From positions 2,816,001-2,880,000 of the forward strand of contig OY762964.1 of assembly GCA_963667035.1 (NCBI GenBank): a stretch of DNA of 64,000 bases, read 5' to 3'. The translations under genes and the position numbers were made by a program. This DNA is from Candidatus Cloacimonadales bacterium (GTDB lineage Bacteria > Cloacimonadota > Cloacimonadia > Cloacimonadales > JAFGVF01). This document shows positions 30,057 through 39,947 of this stretch, in pieces (positions within the stretch are counted from its first letter, which is position 1; each line of letters starts with the position of its first letter). A model generated the notes under the pieces. It did not search any database. It saw only the letters and a list, made by a program, of their open reading frames with translations, and was not told where the DNA came from.

Positions 30057-31160
30057 TTAATCACCTAAACAAATACCAATTTTACGAGCAGTATTAACAA
30101 GATATGAGTTAACATCTATTATGTTATACTGCTCAATTGCGTCCTTAATAGGAACATCAATCAAGTCGGGATGTCTGTAAGCAACCATGTGTCCGAATTT
30201 TCCTTCTTTTGCAAGTTCGAACGCTTTAACACCATATTGAGTAGCAAGAATTCTATCAAACGGATTAGGTGTTCCTCCTCTTTGTAAATGACCGAGGATT
30301 GTTTCTCTAATCTCATAATCATAGCCTGCAGTTTTTATTCTATGGCTAAGTTCGAGAGCTGCTCCAGCAAGTTTAACTTCATGTCTTCCGAATTCCACAT
30401 CTTTATCAATTGATAATGTGCCGTCTTTTGCAACAGCTCCTTCGGCAACAATGATATTCGCAAATCTTTTCTTACTATTCATTCTTTTGTGAATTTTAGC
30501 TATTACCTTGTTAACGTCATAGGGGATTTCCGGGATTAAACAGACTTCTGCTCCACCTGCTACTGCAGCACTAAGGGCTATCCATCCGGCATACCTTCCC
30601 ATAACTTCCATTATTTGAACTCGATGATGACTTGCGGCTGTAGTAACTAGTTTATCAAGTGCATCGGTTGCAGTTTCAACTGCCGTTTGATAGCCAAAAG
30701 TGTAATCTGTACTACATAAGTCGTTATCAATTGTTTTAGGAACTCCAATAACAGGGCAACCCTTCTCAAACAGTTTTTGAGAGATGCGTTGTGAGCCATC
30801 TCCACCTATGCTTATAACAGCATCGATGTTTTGCATTTGAATTTTACGAATAAGTTCATCGGATCTATCGACAGTATCCCATGAACCGTCTGCTTTCTTC
30901 ACAGGCCAGGCAAATGGACCGCCTTTATTGGTTGAACCGATTATCGTACCGCCTTGAACATGAATTCCGGCAACTTTCCGAGGAGTTAATTCTACTAATT
31001 CCATTGGCTCAAGTAACAATCCGTTAAATGCATCTATACTTCCGAGAACTTCCCATTCATTATCAGGGTCTAAATAAGCGCTTTTAACAATAGCTCTAAT
31101 TACAGCATTCAATCCGGGACAATCACCACCACCGGTTGCTATCAGTATTCTTTTTTTCAT
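30057..31160 (-). CDS. pfkA: 6-phosphofructokinase (group III-type)
   Basis: TGGGDCPGLN, GGDGS, PKTIDND, EVMGR, LGHLQRGG. Start moved to ATG 31160 after SD GGAGG. Confidence 0.95.
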   Translation of the reverse strand: MKKRILIATGGGDCPGLNAVIRAIVKSAYLDPDNEWEVLGSIDAFNGLLLEPMELVELTPRKVAGIHVQGGTIIGSTNKGGPFAWPVKKADGSWDTVDRSDELIRKIQMQNIDAVISIGGDGSQRISQKLFEKGCPVIGVPKTIDNDLCSTDYTFGYQTAVETATDALDKLVTTAASHHRVQIMEVMGRYAGWIALSAAVAGGAEVCLIPEIPYDVNKVIAKIHKRMNSKKRFANIIVAEGAVAKDGTLSIDKDVEFGRHEVKLAGAALELSHRIKTAGYDYEIRETILGHLQRGGTPNPFDRILATQYGVKAFELAKEGKFGHMVAYRHPDLIDVPIKDAIEQYNIIDVNSYLVNTARKIGICLGD

Positions 31161-31341
31161 GCATCCTCCTATGCCGAAATTATTCTTGCTTACCATTAGT
31201 TATTATCCTTTAGAAACAAGCAAGCTTAATTATAACAGATTCCCATAGGGGGTAGATAATTCAAACTTTTAATCAGATACTACCTGAAGATAGTTTGGGT
31301 ATAAGCAATGATTATTGAATCTACATACCTCTCATATTCTA

Positions 31342-32453
31342 TCAGCGTACGAAATCATATATCTTAACAAAATCAAAATGCACCATCCAGTCAAAGAAAT
31401 CTTGATGATAATTGATATTATCCCAATATTCTCGAGACCAATTTGCTTCGAAAGCAACAATATCTTTGGCACTAATTTTCAGTCCGAATCCATTTGTTTC
31501 ATTTGAAACATGACCATCATGATTAGAATAGTGTCCATGCCTATAGAAAAAAGTGTTAAGTAAACCGATTTCTCCACCGTGTCCGAAGATTCTGGAGTTT
31601 TCATCTTCCCAATGTTCATTGCCATAAGAGTAACTAATTGAGACTAAAGTCGGAAACCATTCAGCAATTGGTTTGGTTAAGGAGATTGCTTTTGTCGGGT
31701 ATGATCCATATACACCGAAACCATATTTAAGATATTCGGGTAGCCTCTCTTCATCCCCTTGACCTGAAGAAATACTTCTTCTCCCAATATTTTTGTACGT
31801 GAGACCCAAACTTGTTTCTATTTTATAATCCTTCCAACCATAATAATCGCTTAAGCGATATTTAAGCATTGTTCCGATATCCCATCGTGAAGATTTATAA
31901 GAGCCAAGTGATATGTTTGAATGAACATCAATCCATGTAATTCCCAAACTATAATCGAGGCTGTTTAAGAAAGAATTATCATCTATAGACATATATTGTG
32001 ATAACTTAACTGCAATAGTATATGCCTTAAATGTTTCTTCAGATTTTAATCCATGAAAAACGGGATAATCAAATTGACCTCCTACATTAAAGTCATCTGT
32101 CTCGTATGGCATGGGGAAGTTAAAACTTATTCCATTATATCCTATATGTCCATAAGCTGAATTAAAATGATCATCTTCAATAATTCCCTGAAACCAGTCT
32201 TGAGTCATAACACTGTATTGAAATCCTTCATGAAAAGCTCCAACTGCAGGATTGCTCCAACTGCAGGATTGCTCCAACTTAGCAAAGGATTTCTATCCCA
32301 AACATTTGCTACACTGTTAACTCTTCCCATTGCCCTTGAAGTTGTTGATGGGTCAATTTCAAGTGTTAATACACCATAGTTTGCTGAATGTAGTTTCGAG
32401 ATCTGTAATATGACCATGCAAATGATAAAAGTTATTGCAATAATTTTCCTCAT
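31342..32453 (-). pseudogene. PorV/PorQ-like outer-membrane protein split by a 17-bp tandem duplication
   Basis: The 87-aa and 311-aa ORFs share SWSNPAVGA. Deleting one 17-mer gives a single 364-codon ORF with a signal peptide and the LEIDPSTTSRAMG...WSNPA PorV-type N-terminus. Confidence 0.75.
32237..32279. repeat. Exact 17-bp tandem duplication
   Basis: GCTCCAACTGCAGGATT x2 (32237-32253, 32254-32270) plus GCTCCAACT (32271-32279). Confidence 0.97.
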
Positions 32454-32727
32454 AGTTTCTCCCTTCATCTTTTTTTTTGTTTGAATATAACTCTAATTTC
32501 AAGATTGAGTTCATTTTGTAGTCAAGTTTATAAAAGGCTAATTTTATTTGTCAAATATTTTTCTAACATTTATTTAATCAAGTAAGTAAACCAAACTTCA
32601 TATAAGTTTTTATTCAACCGTAAAATTTATGTTAAAGTCTTATAGCTACCCCAATACTTATATAGCAACTAAAACATTCCTCTTTATTCCTGATTGGCGA
32701 CTTCCAACTACCGATTCTTCGGAAATT

Positions 32728-32880
32728 TCTCACCCATTTTTCTCTCGTTTCTATCCCGTTGCGAGCAACGGGAGACCAACGGGAGAGCAACGGGAGACTA
32801 ACCCGAGATAAACCCCAGGTTGGTGGACGAGTAAAAGGAACCCGGAAGGAACCAAAATAGGAGAGATATAGGAGAGTAGT
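32728..32880. repeat. Palindromically arranged, degenerate 11-bp tandem repeat element
   Basis: Three inverted units, core TCCCGTTGC-GA-GCAACGGGA, then AACGGGAGACC/AACGGGAGAGC/AACGGGAGACT/AACCCGAGATA/AACCCCAGGTT, and further 11-mer pairs AAGGAACC and ATAGGAGAG. Confidence 0.8.
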
Positions 32881-33065
32881 GATACAAAAAAAGTTATAAT
32901 ATGTTGTGTTACTATAAAACCAAAATTACACTTATATGGAGTGGAATATGAAATAACTGTTATCTTATGTTAAAAAGGGTGATACAAAGATGTAAAACAA
33001 TCTATTTGACACAAAGATGGTAGAAATAATACTAATTATTCTTAACTAAACTAATTAATACTGGA

Positions 33066-35522
33066 ATGATAATGAAATATACAAAAGTAAACTATGAATA
33101 TCTACTTCCTAAAGTAGACAAACCATCTCGTTATATCGGGTATGAACTGAATGCCATTAACAAAAAAGTAACTGATAAGACCATTAACTTCTGTCTTGCT
33201 TTTCCCGATGTATATGAAGTGGGTTTATCTCATCTTGGAATCAAAATACTATATACCATATTGAATAATGAAGATAATACCGTATGTGATAGAACCTACG
33301 CTCCTTGGCCGGACTTCACAAAGCTGATGAAGGAAAACGAAATACCTTTATTCAGCCTTGAAAACAAAATTCCCGTAAAAGATTTCGATGTGATAGGATT
33401 TACTCTTCAGTCCGAGCTTAATTTCTCAAATGTACCATATATGTTGGACCTTGCCGGTATAGAATTGGAAGCAAAAGATAGAGGAGAGGATGATCCGATA
33501 ATCTTGGGTGGCGGTCCTGCAATTAGTAATCCTGCACCTTTATCACTGTTCTTTGATGCTATCTTTATCGGTGAAGCGGAAGATGCTATTGTAGAGATAA
33601 AAGACTGTTTATTTAAGTTAAAAGATGCTTCCAGACAAGAAAAGCTTGAAGCTCTTGGAAAAATAGAAGGGGTATATGTACCTCTGATTCATGATGATTC
33701 CGATGAGATTAAAATCAGAAAGTATTCAGGCTTTTCCAGTTATGAAAAGAGTCATGTTAATCAGTTGATTCCTTGGCAACAGACAACTCATGATCGTTAT
33801 ATTGCAGAGATAATGAGAGGATGCTCCAGAGGCTGTCGTTTTTGTCATGCCGGTTTCTTCTATCGACCTGTAAGAGAGAGAAATCCCGATGAAATAATTG
33901 AAAGAATTATCGATGAAGTGGAAAAATACGGTTGGGAAGATGCAGCCCTAACTTCCCTTTCTTCAAGTGATTATTCCCAGATACGCGGATTGTTGTTTAA
34001 TATTTTTAAAAGATTAAATGAACACAGAGCGGATATATCACTACCATCACTAAGGGTTGATACTCTTGATGATAATCTCACTGCTCTACTGAATGTTTTG
34101 GGGCAGAAAGGATTGACTATTGCACCGGAAGCAGGAACTCAAAGACTTAGAGATGTTATAAATAAAAATCTTTCCGAAGAAGAAATCTTGGAAGGTGTTC
34201 GAGTAGCTCTGGCAAACGATTGGAGGTCTATCAAGCTTTACTTTATGATAGGATTACCTTTTGAAACCAGAGAAGATGTGGAAGGAATTGTTGAATTGGT
34301 AGAGAAAATGATCTCTATATCGGGTAAAAAGATACAACTGAATATTACCCTTTCACCGTTTGTACCTAAGCCATTTACTCCATTCCAATGGTCCGGGATG
34401 CTTGATAAGGAAGAACTGTTCCAAAGAGTTTCAATTGTTAAAAATGCCCTGTATAAGTATAAATACATAAAAGTTCGCTATCACGAATTACAAAGCTCAA
34501 TGCTAGAAACAATCCTTGCTAAAGGGGATAAGAGAATAGGCTATGTAATGAAAGAAGCCTTTAAGCTTGGGGCAAAATTCGACGGATGGAGAGAATACTT
34601 TAACTTTGATATTTGGGAACAAGCTTTGGAGACTGTTGGTTTACAACTTGAAGATACTATGAAGGGTTATGCTCTTGATGATAAGCTTCCTTGGGATAAT
34701 ATATCCATTAAAGTAACAAAAGACTTCCTGAAATCCGAATGGCTGAAAGCCAAAGAAGAACAAACAACTCCATCGTGTATAGATCGATGTACAGGTTGTG
34801 GTGTTTGTGATAATGAAACAAAACTCGATTTCTCTACAGTAGAAATGACAGAGGTTATTGAGAATCTTAAAAGAGAAGAACCTGACAATAATATAGAACT
34901 GTTCTGGTATAGAGTATTCTTTAAAAAACAAGGTGGATTGCAGTATGTGGCTCATCTTGACTTCTTGAGAATGATACATAGAATATTGAGAGGAACATCT
35001 CTTAATCTAGCTTATTCTCAAGGTTACAGTCCACATCCTAAAGTAAGATTCGGTCCACCGCTATCTGTTGGTGTTCAGGGTATAAATGAGTTTATGGAAG
35101 TTGCCTTCTACCAGAAATACTCTCCTGAAACCGTTTTAGAGTCTCTAGGGAGACTTATGAAAGGTGACTTGGCAGTGAACAGAGTTATAGCTCTTGATAA
35201 ACGAAACAAAAGTACAATTGAGGAGTCGGGTCAAGAATTGATACAGATTACACCAAACGAAGATTGTAAGGTTGATTTTGAAAAGATTATCGAGAGTTAT
35301 GACAACACAGAGAGCTTTATATTCGAAAAGTTAAGGAAAAAGAAGATAAGAGAAGTGGATTTGAAAAAGATAATCTCAAGAATGGAATGGAACGGAAAAA
35401 GTCTACTGATACAAAAGAAATTGCAAGGAGCAAGTTTGTTTGATATTCTTGAATATCTGTTTAAGATTTCGCGAAACGAAACAAGTAGTTTTATAATAAT
35501 CAGATTGGATTTTATCTTCTAA
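33066..35522 (+). CDS. TIGR03960-type B12-binding-like radical SAM protein fused to a TIGR03936/DUF2344 domain
   Basis: FPDVYEVGLSHLG, RGCSRGCRFC, APEAGTQRLR, CIDRCTGCGVC, then HLDFLR...YSQGYSPHPK. Confidence 0.9.
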   Translation: MIMKYTKVNYEYLLPKVDKPSRYIGYELNAINKKVTDKTINFCLAFPDVYEVGLSHLGIKILYTILNNEDNTVCDRTYAPWPDFTKLMKENEIPLFSLENKIPVKDFDVIGFTLQSELNFSNVPYMLDLAGIELEAKDRGEDDPIILGGGPAISNPAPLSLFFDAIFIGEAEDAIVEIKDCLFKLKDASRQEKLEALGKIEGVYVPLIHDDSDEIKIRKYSGFSSYEKSHVNQLIPWQQTTHDRYIAEIMRGCSRGCRFCHAGFFYRPVRERNPDEIIERIIDEVEKYGWEDAALTSLSSSDYSQIRGLLFNIFKRLNEHRADISLPSLRVDTLDDNLTALLNVLGQKGLTIAPEAGTQRLRDVINKNLSEEEILEGVRVALANDWRSIKLYFMIGLPFETREDVEGIVELVEKMISISGKKIQLNITLSPFVPKPFTPFQWSGMLDKEELFQRVSIVKNALYKYKYIKVRYHELQSSMLETILAKGDKRIGYVMKEAFKLGAKFDGWREYFNFDIWEQALETVGLQLEDTMKGYALDDKLPWDNISIKVTKDFLKSEWLKAKEEQTTPSCIDRCTGCGVCDNETKLDFSTVEMTEVIENLKREEPDNNIELFWYRVFFKKQGGLQYVAHLDFLRMIHRILRGTSLNLAYSQGYSPHPKVRFGPPLSVGVQGINEFMEVAFYQKYSPETVLESLGRLMKGDLAVNRVIALDKRNKSTIEESGQELIQITPNEDCKVDFEKIIESYDNTESFIFEKLRKKKIREVDLKKIISRMEWNGKSLLIQKKLQGASLFDILEYLFKISRNETSSFIIIRLDFIF

Positions 35523-35527
35523 GTAAT

Positions 35528-35722
35528 ATGACCGGTTTCATTATATCCGAGATATTAATACTAGCTGTGGTTTGCTTTGTCGTAATATTCTTTCTCCGAA
35601 AGAGTCGCAGAGCAAAGAAAGAGCTTATGGAGAGTCGCAGGGAGTTATACGAGATGCAGATAAAGCTTCAAAGCAAAGTACATAATAAGCATATTGAGAC
35701 GGATAAGGACATTGGGCAATGA
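35528..35722 (+). CDS. Small single-TM hypothetical protein
   Basis: Fills the gap between the radical SAM gene and rmuC with an ATGA overlap; TM followed by a basic coiled segment. Confidence 0.55.
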   Translation: MTGFIISEILILAVVCFVVIFFLRKSRRAKKELMESRRELYEMQIKLQSKVHNKHIETDKDIGQ

Positions 35723-37215
35723 TAATATACATTATATTGGGAATAGTGTTAGGTCTTTTGGTCGTGGTTAGCTTTTTTAGAGAAAAAAGACTTAAGGATG
35801 AACTTGATACCAAAAATGAACTCTTAGACGCTAAAAATGAAAGCATAAGATGTTTGGAAATAGACAAAACCAGACTTGAAACGGAGAATACCGAGTTAAG
35901 ACTGAAGGCTGAAAGAGTTGAAACACTTTCAGAATCAGAGAAAAAATTAAGTATTAATCTACAAGATACTAAAACTCAGCTTGAAAGTAGTCAGAAGAGA
36001 CTTGAGCAAGTTTCGGAAGAACTGAAAGTAAAGAACGATGAGATTAGCTCAATGAAAGACAAGATGACTTCTAAACTGGAAGAATATGCAGTTCTTGAGA
36101 CAACATTAAATAAAGAACGTAAACAAACCGAAGAGAAGTTGAAACTTCTGGAAGAAACAAAAGAAAATCTCAAACTCGAATTCGAGAATTTGGCTAACAA
36201 AATCTTCGAAGCCAAAAGCGAGAAACTTACCATAACCAGCAAAGAAAGCCTAGATAAAGTATTAAATCCATTTAAACAACAAATTACCGACTTCAAGAAG
36301 AGAATCGACGATGTATATGACAAAGAATCCGAAGAACGAGGATTTCTTAAAAAAGAGATTGCTGACCTTAAGAAGTTAAACGAAAGACTTAGTGAAGATG
36401 CTTTGAACCTTACTACAGCTCTTAAAGGGGATAAGAAATATCAAGGGAATTGGGGAGAAGTACAACTTCAAAGATTGCTTGAGTTTGCCGGATTGACTGA
36501 AGGGATAGAATATGAAACACAAGCTACTCATAAAGATGAAGAAGGTGAAACATTCAGGCCTGATGTGATTGTTCATCTTCCTCAAGAGAAAGATATTGTG
36601 ATAGATTCAAAAGTCTCTCTTGTAGCTTATTCCAAATTCTGCTCCGAAGACGATCCTATCTTAAAACAAAAAGCTCTTGATGAGCATGTCAGTGCGATAA
36701 AGAACCACATTAAACTACTTGGAGCAAAGAGCTATCAAAACTTGAAAGGAATCAATACTCTCGACTTCGTTATTATGTTTCTGCCTATTGAAGCGTCTTA
36801 TTTTGTAGCTATCAATGAGAATAGAGAGCTCTTCCAAGAAGCTCTGAATAAGAATATTATCATTGTCTGTCCTTCAACATTACTAATGACTCTTAAGACT
36901 ATCCATAATATCTGGAAATATGAACACCAAAACAGAAATGCAAAGGATATTGCCGATAGAGGTCGCTTGTTGTATAACAAATTTAGAGGTTTCGTTGAAA
37001 CACTGAATGCCCTTGGGAACAAGCTTGAATCTGCTAATAAAGAATACGATAGAGCTATTAATCAGTTATCTGAAGGGAAAGGAAATCTGATTACTCAGGC
37101 AAATGAGCTAATTAAACTGGGAATTCAACCTGATAAGATGTTGGATAAAGCCTTGGTTGAGAAAGCGGAAGCAAATTCAATAGTAGAGGGAGAAATTGAG
37201 AATGGGTCGTATTAA
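35719..37215 (+). CDS. rmuC: DNA recombination protein RmuC
   Basis: N-terminal TM, coiled coil, QGNWGEVQL, RPDVIVHLP, IDSKVSL, DFVIMFLPIE. Confidence 0.95.
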   Translation: MIIYIILGIVLGLLVVVSFFREKRLKDELDTKNELLDAKNESIRCLEIDKTRLETENTELRLKAERVETLSESEKKLSINLQDTKTQLESSQKRLEQVSEELKVKNDEISSMKDKMTSKLEEYAVLETTLNKERKQTEEKLKLLEETKENLKLEFENLANKIFEAKSEKLTITSKESLDKVLNPFKQQITDFKKRIDDVYDKESEERGFLKKEIADLKKLNERLSEDALNLTTALKGDKKYQGNWGEVQLQRLLEFAGLTEGIEYETQATHKDEEGETFRPDVIVHLPQEKDIVIDSKVSLVAYSKFCSEDDPILKQKALDEHVSAIKNHIKLLGAKSYQNLKGINTLDFVIMFLPIEASYFVAINENRELFQEALNKNIIIVCPSTLLMTLKTIHNIWKYEHQNRNAKDIADRGRLLYNKFRGFVETLNALGNKLESANKEYDRAINQLSEGKGNLITQANELIKLGIQPDKMLDKALVEKAEANSIVEGEIENGSY

Positions 37216-39559
37216 GAAAATATATGTTCTGCACCATAGTCATACCGATATAGGTTATACCGAACAACAGCAACAGATAAGAGCTTGGCATATCGACTTC
37301 ATAAAACAAGCTCTCGAGTATACAAAACAAGACCCTGATTTCAGATGGAATTGTGAAGGCTTTTGGGCTGTTGAAAGGTATTTACAAGCCATTCATAAAG
37401 ATGAACGTGAAGATTTCTTTAATGCAGTTAACAAACATCTGATAGATATTTCTGCCAGCTATTTAAACTTTAATGAATTGATTGATGAATATACTTTAAA
37501 CTCATTAGTGGAAAGAGCAGTTACTACAGCTAAAAAATACGGCTTTGAGCTTGATAGTGCTATGACAGCCGATATTAACGGAGTCGGATGGGGATTTGCA
37601 AAAGTACTTACAGATAACAATGTAAGAAACTATTTTGCTTGTGTACATACTCACCATGGCATGTGGCCTGTGAATAGAAAACAATATCCTTTCAAATGGA
37701 TTGCCCCTAACGGTAAAGAATTACTGGTGTGGAACGGTGAGCATTACCATTTTGGTAATGAATTAGGTTTAGCCCCAAAAGCAGGCTCTAGCTATACGAT
37801 AAAAGATGATTGCGATGCTCATACTATTTATTACGATTATTGGAAAATGGCGGAAACTCGTATTCCAAGGTATTTAAAACTTCTCGAAAATGAACAATAT
37901 GAATTTGACTTTGTTCCTGTAATGGTTTCAGGATTACGAACTGACAACTCACCACCTTCACTTGAGATTTCCCAAATGATAAAGCGTTGGAATAAAGAAC
38001 ATTCCGATATCTGTGAAATAGAAATGACAACTCTTAGTGAGTTCTTTAACAGAGTCAGAATCTCGGAAGTAAGTATACCTGTCTATAAAGGGGATTGGCC
38101 TGATTGGTGGTCGGATGGTTACAATTCAGACCCGGATGGAGTTAAACTTTTCAGAGACGCTCAAAGAACTTTTGAACTGGCAAGAACTATGGGGGAGTGC
38201 CCTCACTCATACTCTGAAGTTGTTCTAAATAATCTGGCATTGTACAGTGAGCATACCTTCAGCCATTGCGATTCAATGAGTCGTCCTTGGTGTAACGAAG
38301 TTAAGAATATAGCTTCAAGAAAGAGATGTTTTGCTGTTACTGCACATGAACATGCTCACATGCTCTTGAGACATAAAATGGAAGATTTGGGTCACACTAA
38401 TTTAACTTACGGGAGACAACCTAATTTTAAGATAGTAAATCCCTTTGATTGCATTACTACTAAACAATACAGACTCTTTATCGGATGGTATGAGTGGAAT
38501 GAGTTAGAGTTAAACAACGGTGCTAAAGTTGTTAATTCATTAACGGGAGAGGCAATTGAATCCCAGATGCAATATGTCCCTTGTGGTGTTGAGTATGTGG
38601 TAAATATGAATCTTAATCACCAAGAGGAACTAGATATAAAGTTGATTCCCGATAATACTATGCCGATTAGATTTTTCGATAGTTTTATCCATAGAGGTAC
38701 AGACCAATCGATTGAAGATATAGAAACCGACGTTAATCAAATTGAGAATGATTATTTTGTTCTGAAATGGGAACAAGATAAGGGGATTACTTCTCTATTC
38801 AGTAAAGAGTATTCCAGAGAATTGATTACCGGAGAATTTGCTGCCTTTACCCCTGTTTATGAAATTACTCCTGTGAATGATAAAAGAGATATATGCTCCG
38901 TTAGAAGTCAAATGGGTAGAAATAGAAAAGGATTCAATGTTAAAAGATCTATAGGGGAACTGGTTAACGTAAAAAGACTAAATGACGGAGTTCTCTGGAA
39001 TGATATTGAATTGAACTATGAATGTAATGGAATGGAGTTTTATAAACTTGAATTGCGTTTGTGGAAATGTATACCTAAAATAGATGTGAAAGCGATATTC
39101 CATAAAAAAAGTGTTTGGGAGCCGGAGAACCTCTATATTGCTCTGCCTTTTACTACAGGGAAGAACGAGCAACTATGGATTGATAAATGTGGTAGCATTC
39201 TGAGACCAATGAAAGATCAGATTCCTGGCACACTTACCGATTTCTATACGGTTCAATCGGGTTTTCGACTACAATCTAAACAATTTGGACTTTCAATTTC
39301 CATGCCCGATACCCCAATTCTTCAACTGGGAATTTTAACATACCAGAGAAGAAAACTTTCAACTGATGAAGCGATACCTCAAAAAGGACATCAACTCTCT
39401 TGGGTAATGAGCAATTACTGGGAAACAAATTTCAATGCATCTTTAGCCGGTTTCTATGAATTCAATTACTCAATAGAACTTAACAACTATAATCCGGAAG
39501 CCTCTTTTAATAAACTTAGAAGAGATTCTTTGGAGTCTATTACATTGAGGTTAAAGTGA
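37202..39559 (+). CDS. GH38-like glycoside hydrolase
   Basis: HHSHTDIGYT metal motif, FRWNCE, GDWPDWWSDG, MSNYWETNF; no signal peptide. Confidence 0.75.
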   Translation: MGRIKKIYVLHHSHTDIGYTEQQQQIRAWHIDFIKQALEYTKQDPDFRWNCEGFWAVERYLQAIHKDEREDFFNAVNKHLIDISASYLNFNELIDEYTLNSLVERAVTTAKKYGFELDSAMTADINGVGWGFAKVLTDNNVRNYFACVHTHHGMWPVNRKQYPFKWIAPNGKELLVWNGEHYHFGNELGLAPKAGSSYTIKDDCDAHTIYYDYWKMAETRIPRYLKLLENEQYEFDFVPVMVSGLRTDNSPPSLEISQMIKRWNKEHSDICEIEMTTLSEFFNRVRISEVSIPVYKGDWPDWWSDGYNSDPDGVKLFRDAQRTFELARTMGECPHSYSEVVLNNLALYSEHTFSHCDSMSRPWCNEVKNIASRKRCFAVTAHEHAHMLLRHKMEDLGHTNLTYGRQPNFKIVNPFDCITTKQYRLFIGWYEWNELELNNGAKVVNSLTGEAIESQMQYVPCGVEYVVNMNLNHQEELDIKLIPDNTMPIRFFDSFIHRGTDQSIEDIETDVNQIENDYFVLKWEQDKGITSLFSKEYSRELITGEFAAFTPVYEITPVNDKRDICSVRSQMGRNRKGFNVKRSIGELVNVKRLNDGVLWNDIELNYECNGMEFYKLELRLWKCIPKIDVKAIFHKKSVWEPENLYIALPFTTGKNEQLWIDKCGSILRPMKDQIPGTLTDFYTVQSGFRLQSKQFGLSISMPDTPILQLGILTYQRRKLSTDEAIPQKGHQLSWVMSNYWETNFNASLAGFYEFNYSIELNNYNPEASFNKLRRDSLESITLRLK

Positions 39560-39587
39560 GTTACACTTGAACAACATTTTTCTTAAT

Positions 39588-39605
39588 TTGGCACTAATAA
39601 TGCAT
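39588..39605 (+). promoter_or_regulatory. Sigma-54 (-24/-12) promoter motif
   Basis: TTGGCACTAATAATGCAT: TGGCAC with exact GG-N10-GC spacing, intergenic. Confidence 0.55.
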
Positions 39606-39947
39606 AATAATTAAAATAGTGTTAGGAAGTGAAGCTATTCTTGAGAGTAAGATAGTGAGATCGTTCAATATGAGAGTTTTGGCAGTTAGGGAGCATTCTT
39701 GAGTGGGATGAGGTTATATGCCTGTATTAATGCCAGTTTGGCTCTTAAGAATTAAGGCAAAATTATATGTTAACAGATAATTAGTAATATTATCGGAACA
39801 AAAAATGTAGCTTTTCTCATCTGTAAACTATGTTTACACTTGTGACCTTTGGTGTCAATTTTGAAGTCAACCATAAGACATTGGTTTAAAGGATATTGTA
39901 AAAAAAAACAACAAAAAGTCACACTTTTTATACGCATTGGAGGATTT

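Noticed and set aside
32763..32817. 11-bp repeats as a CRISPR array or plasmid iterons
   Set aside because: There are no unique spacers, the units are too short, and no cas or rep gene is nearby. The overlapping 60-aa ORF is probably spurious.
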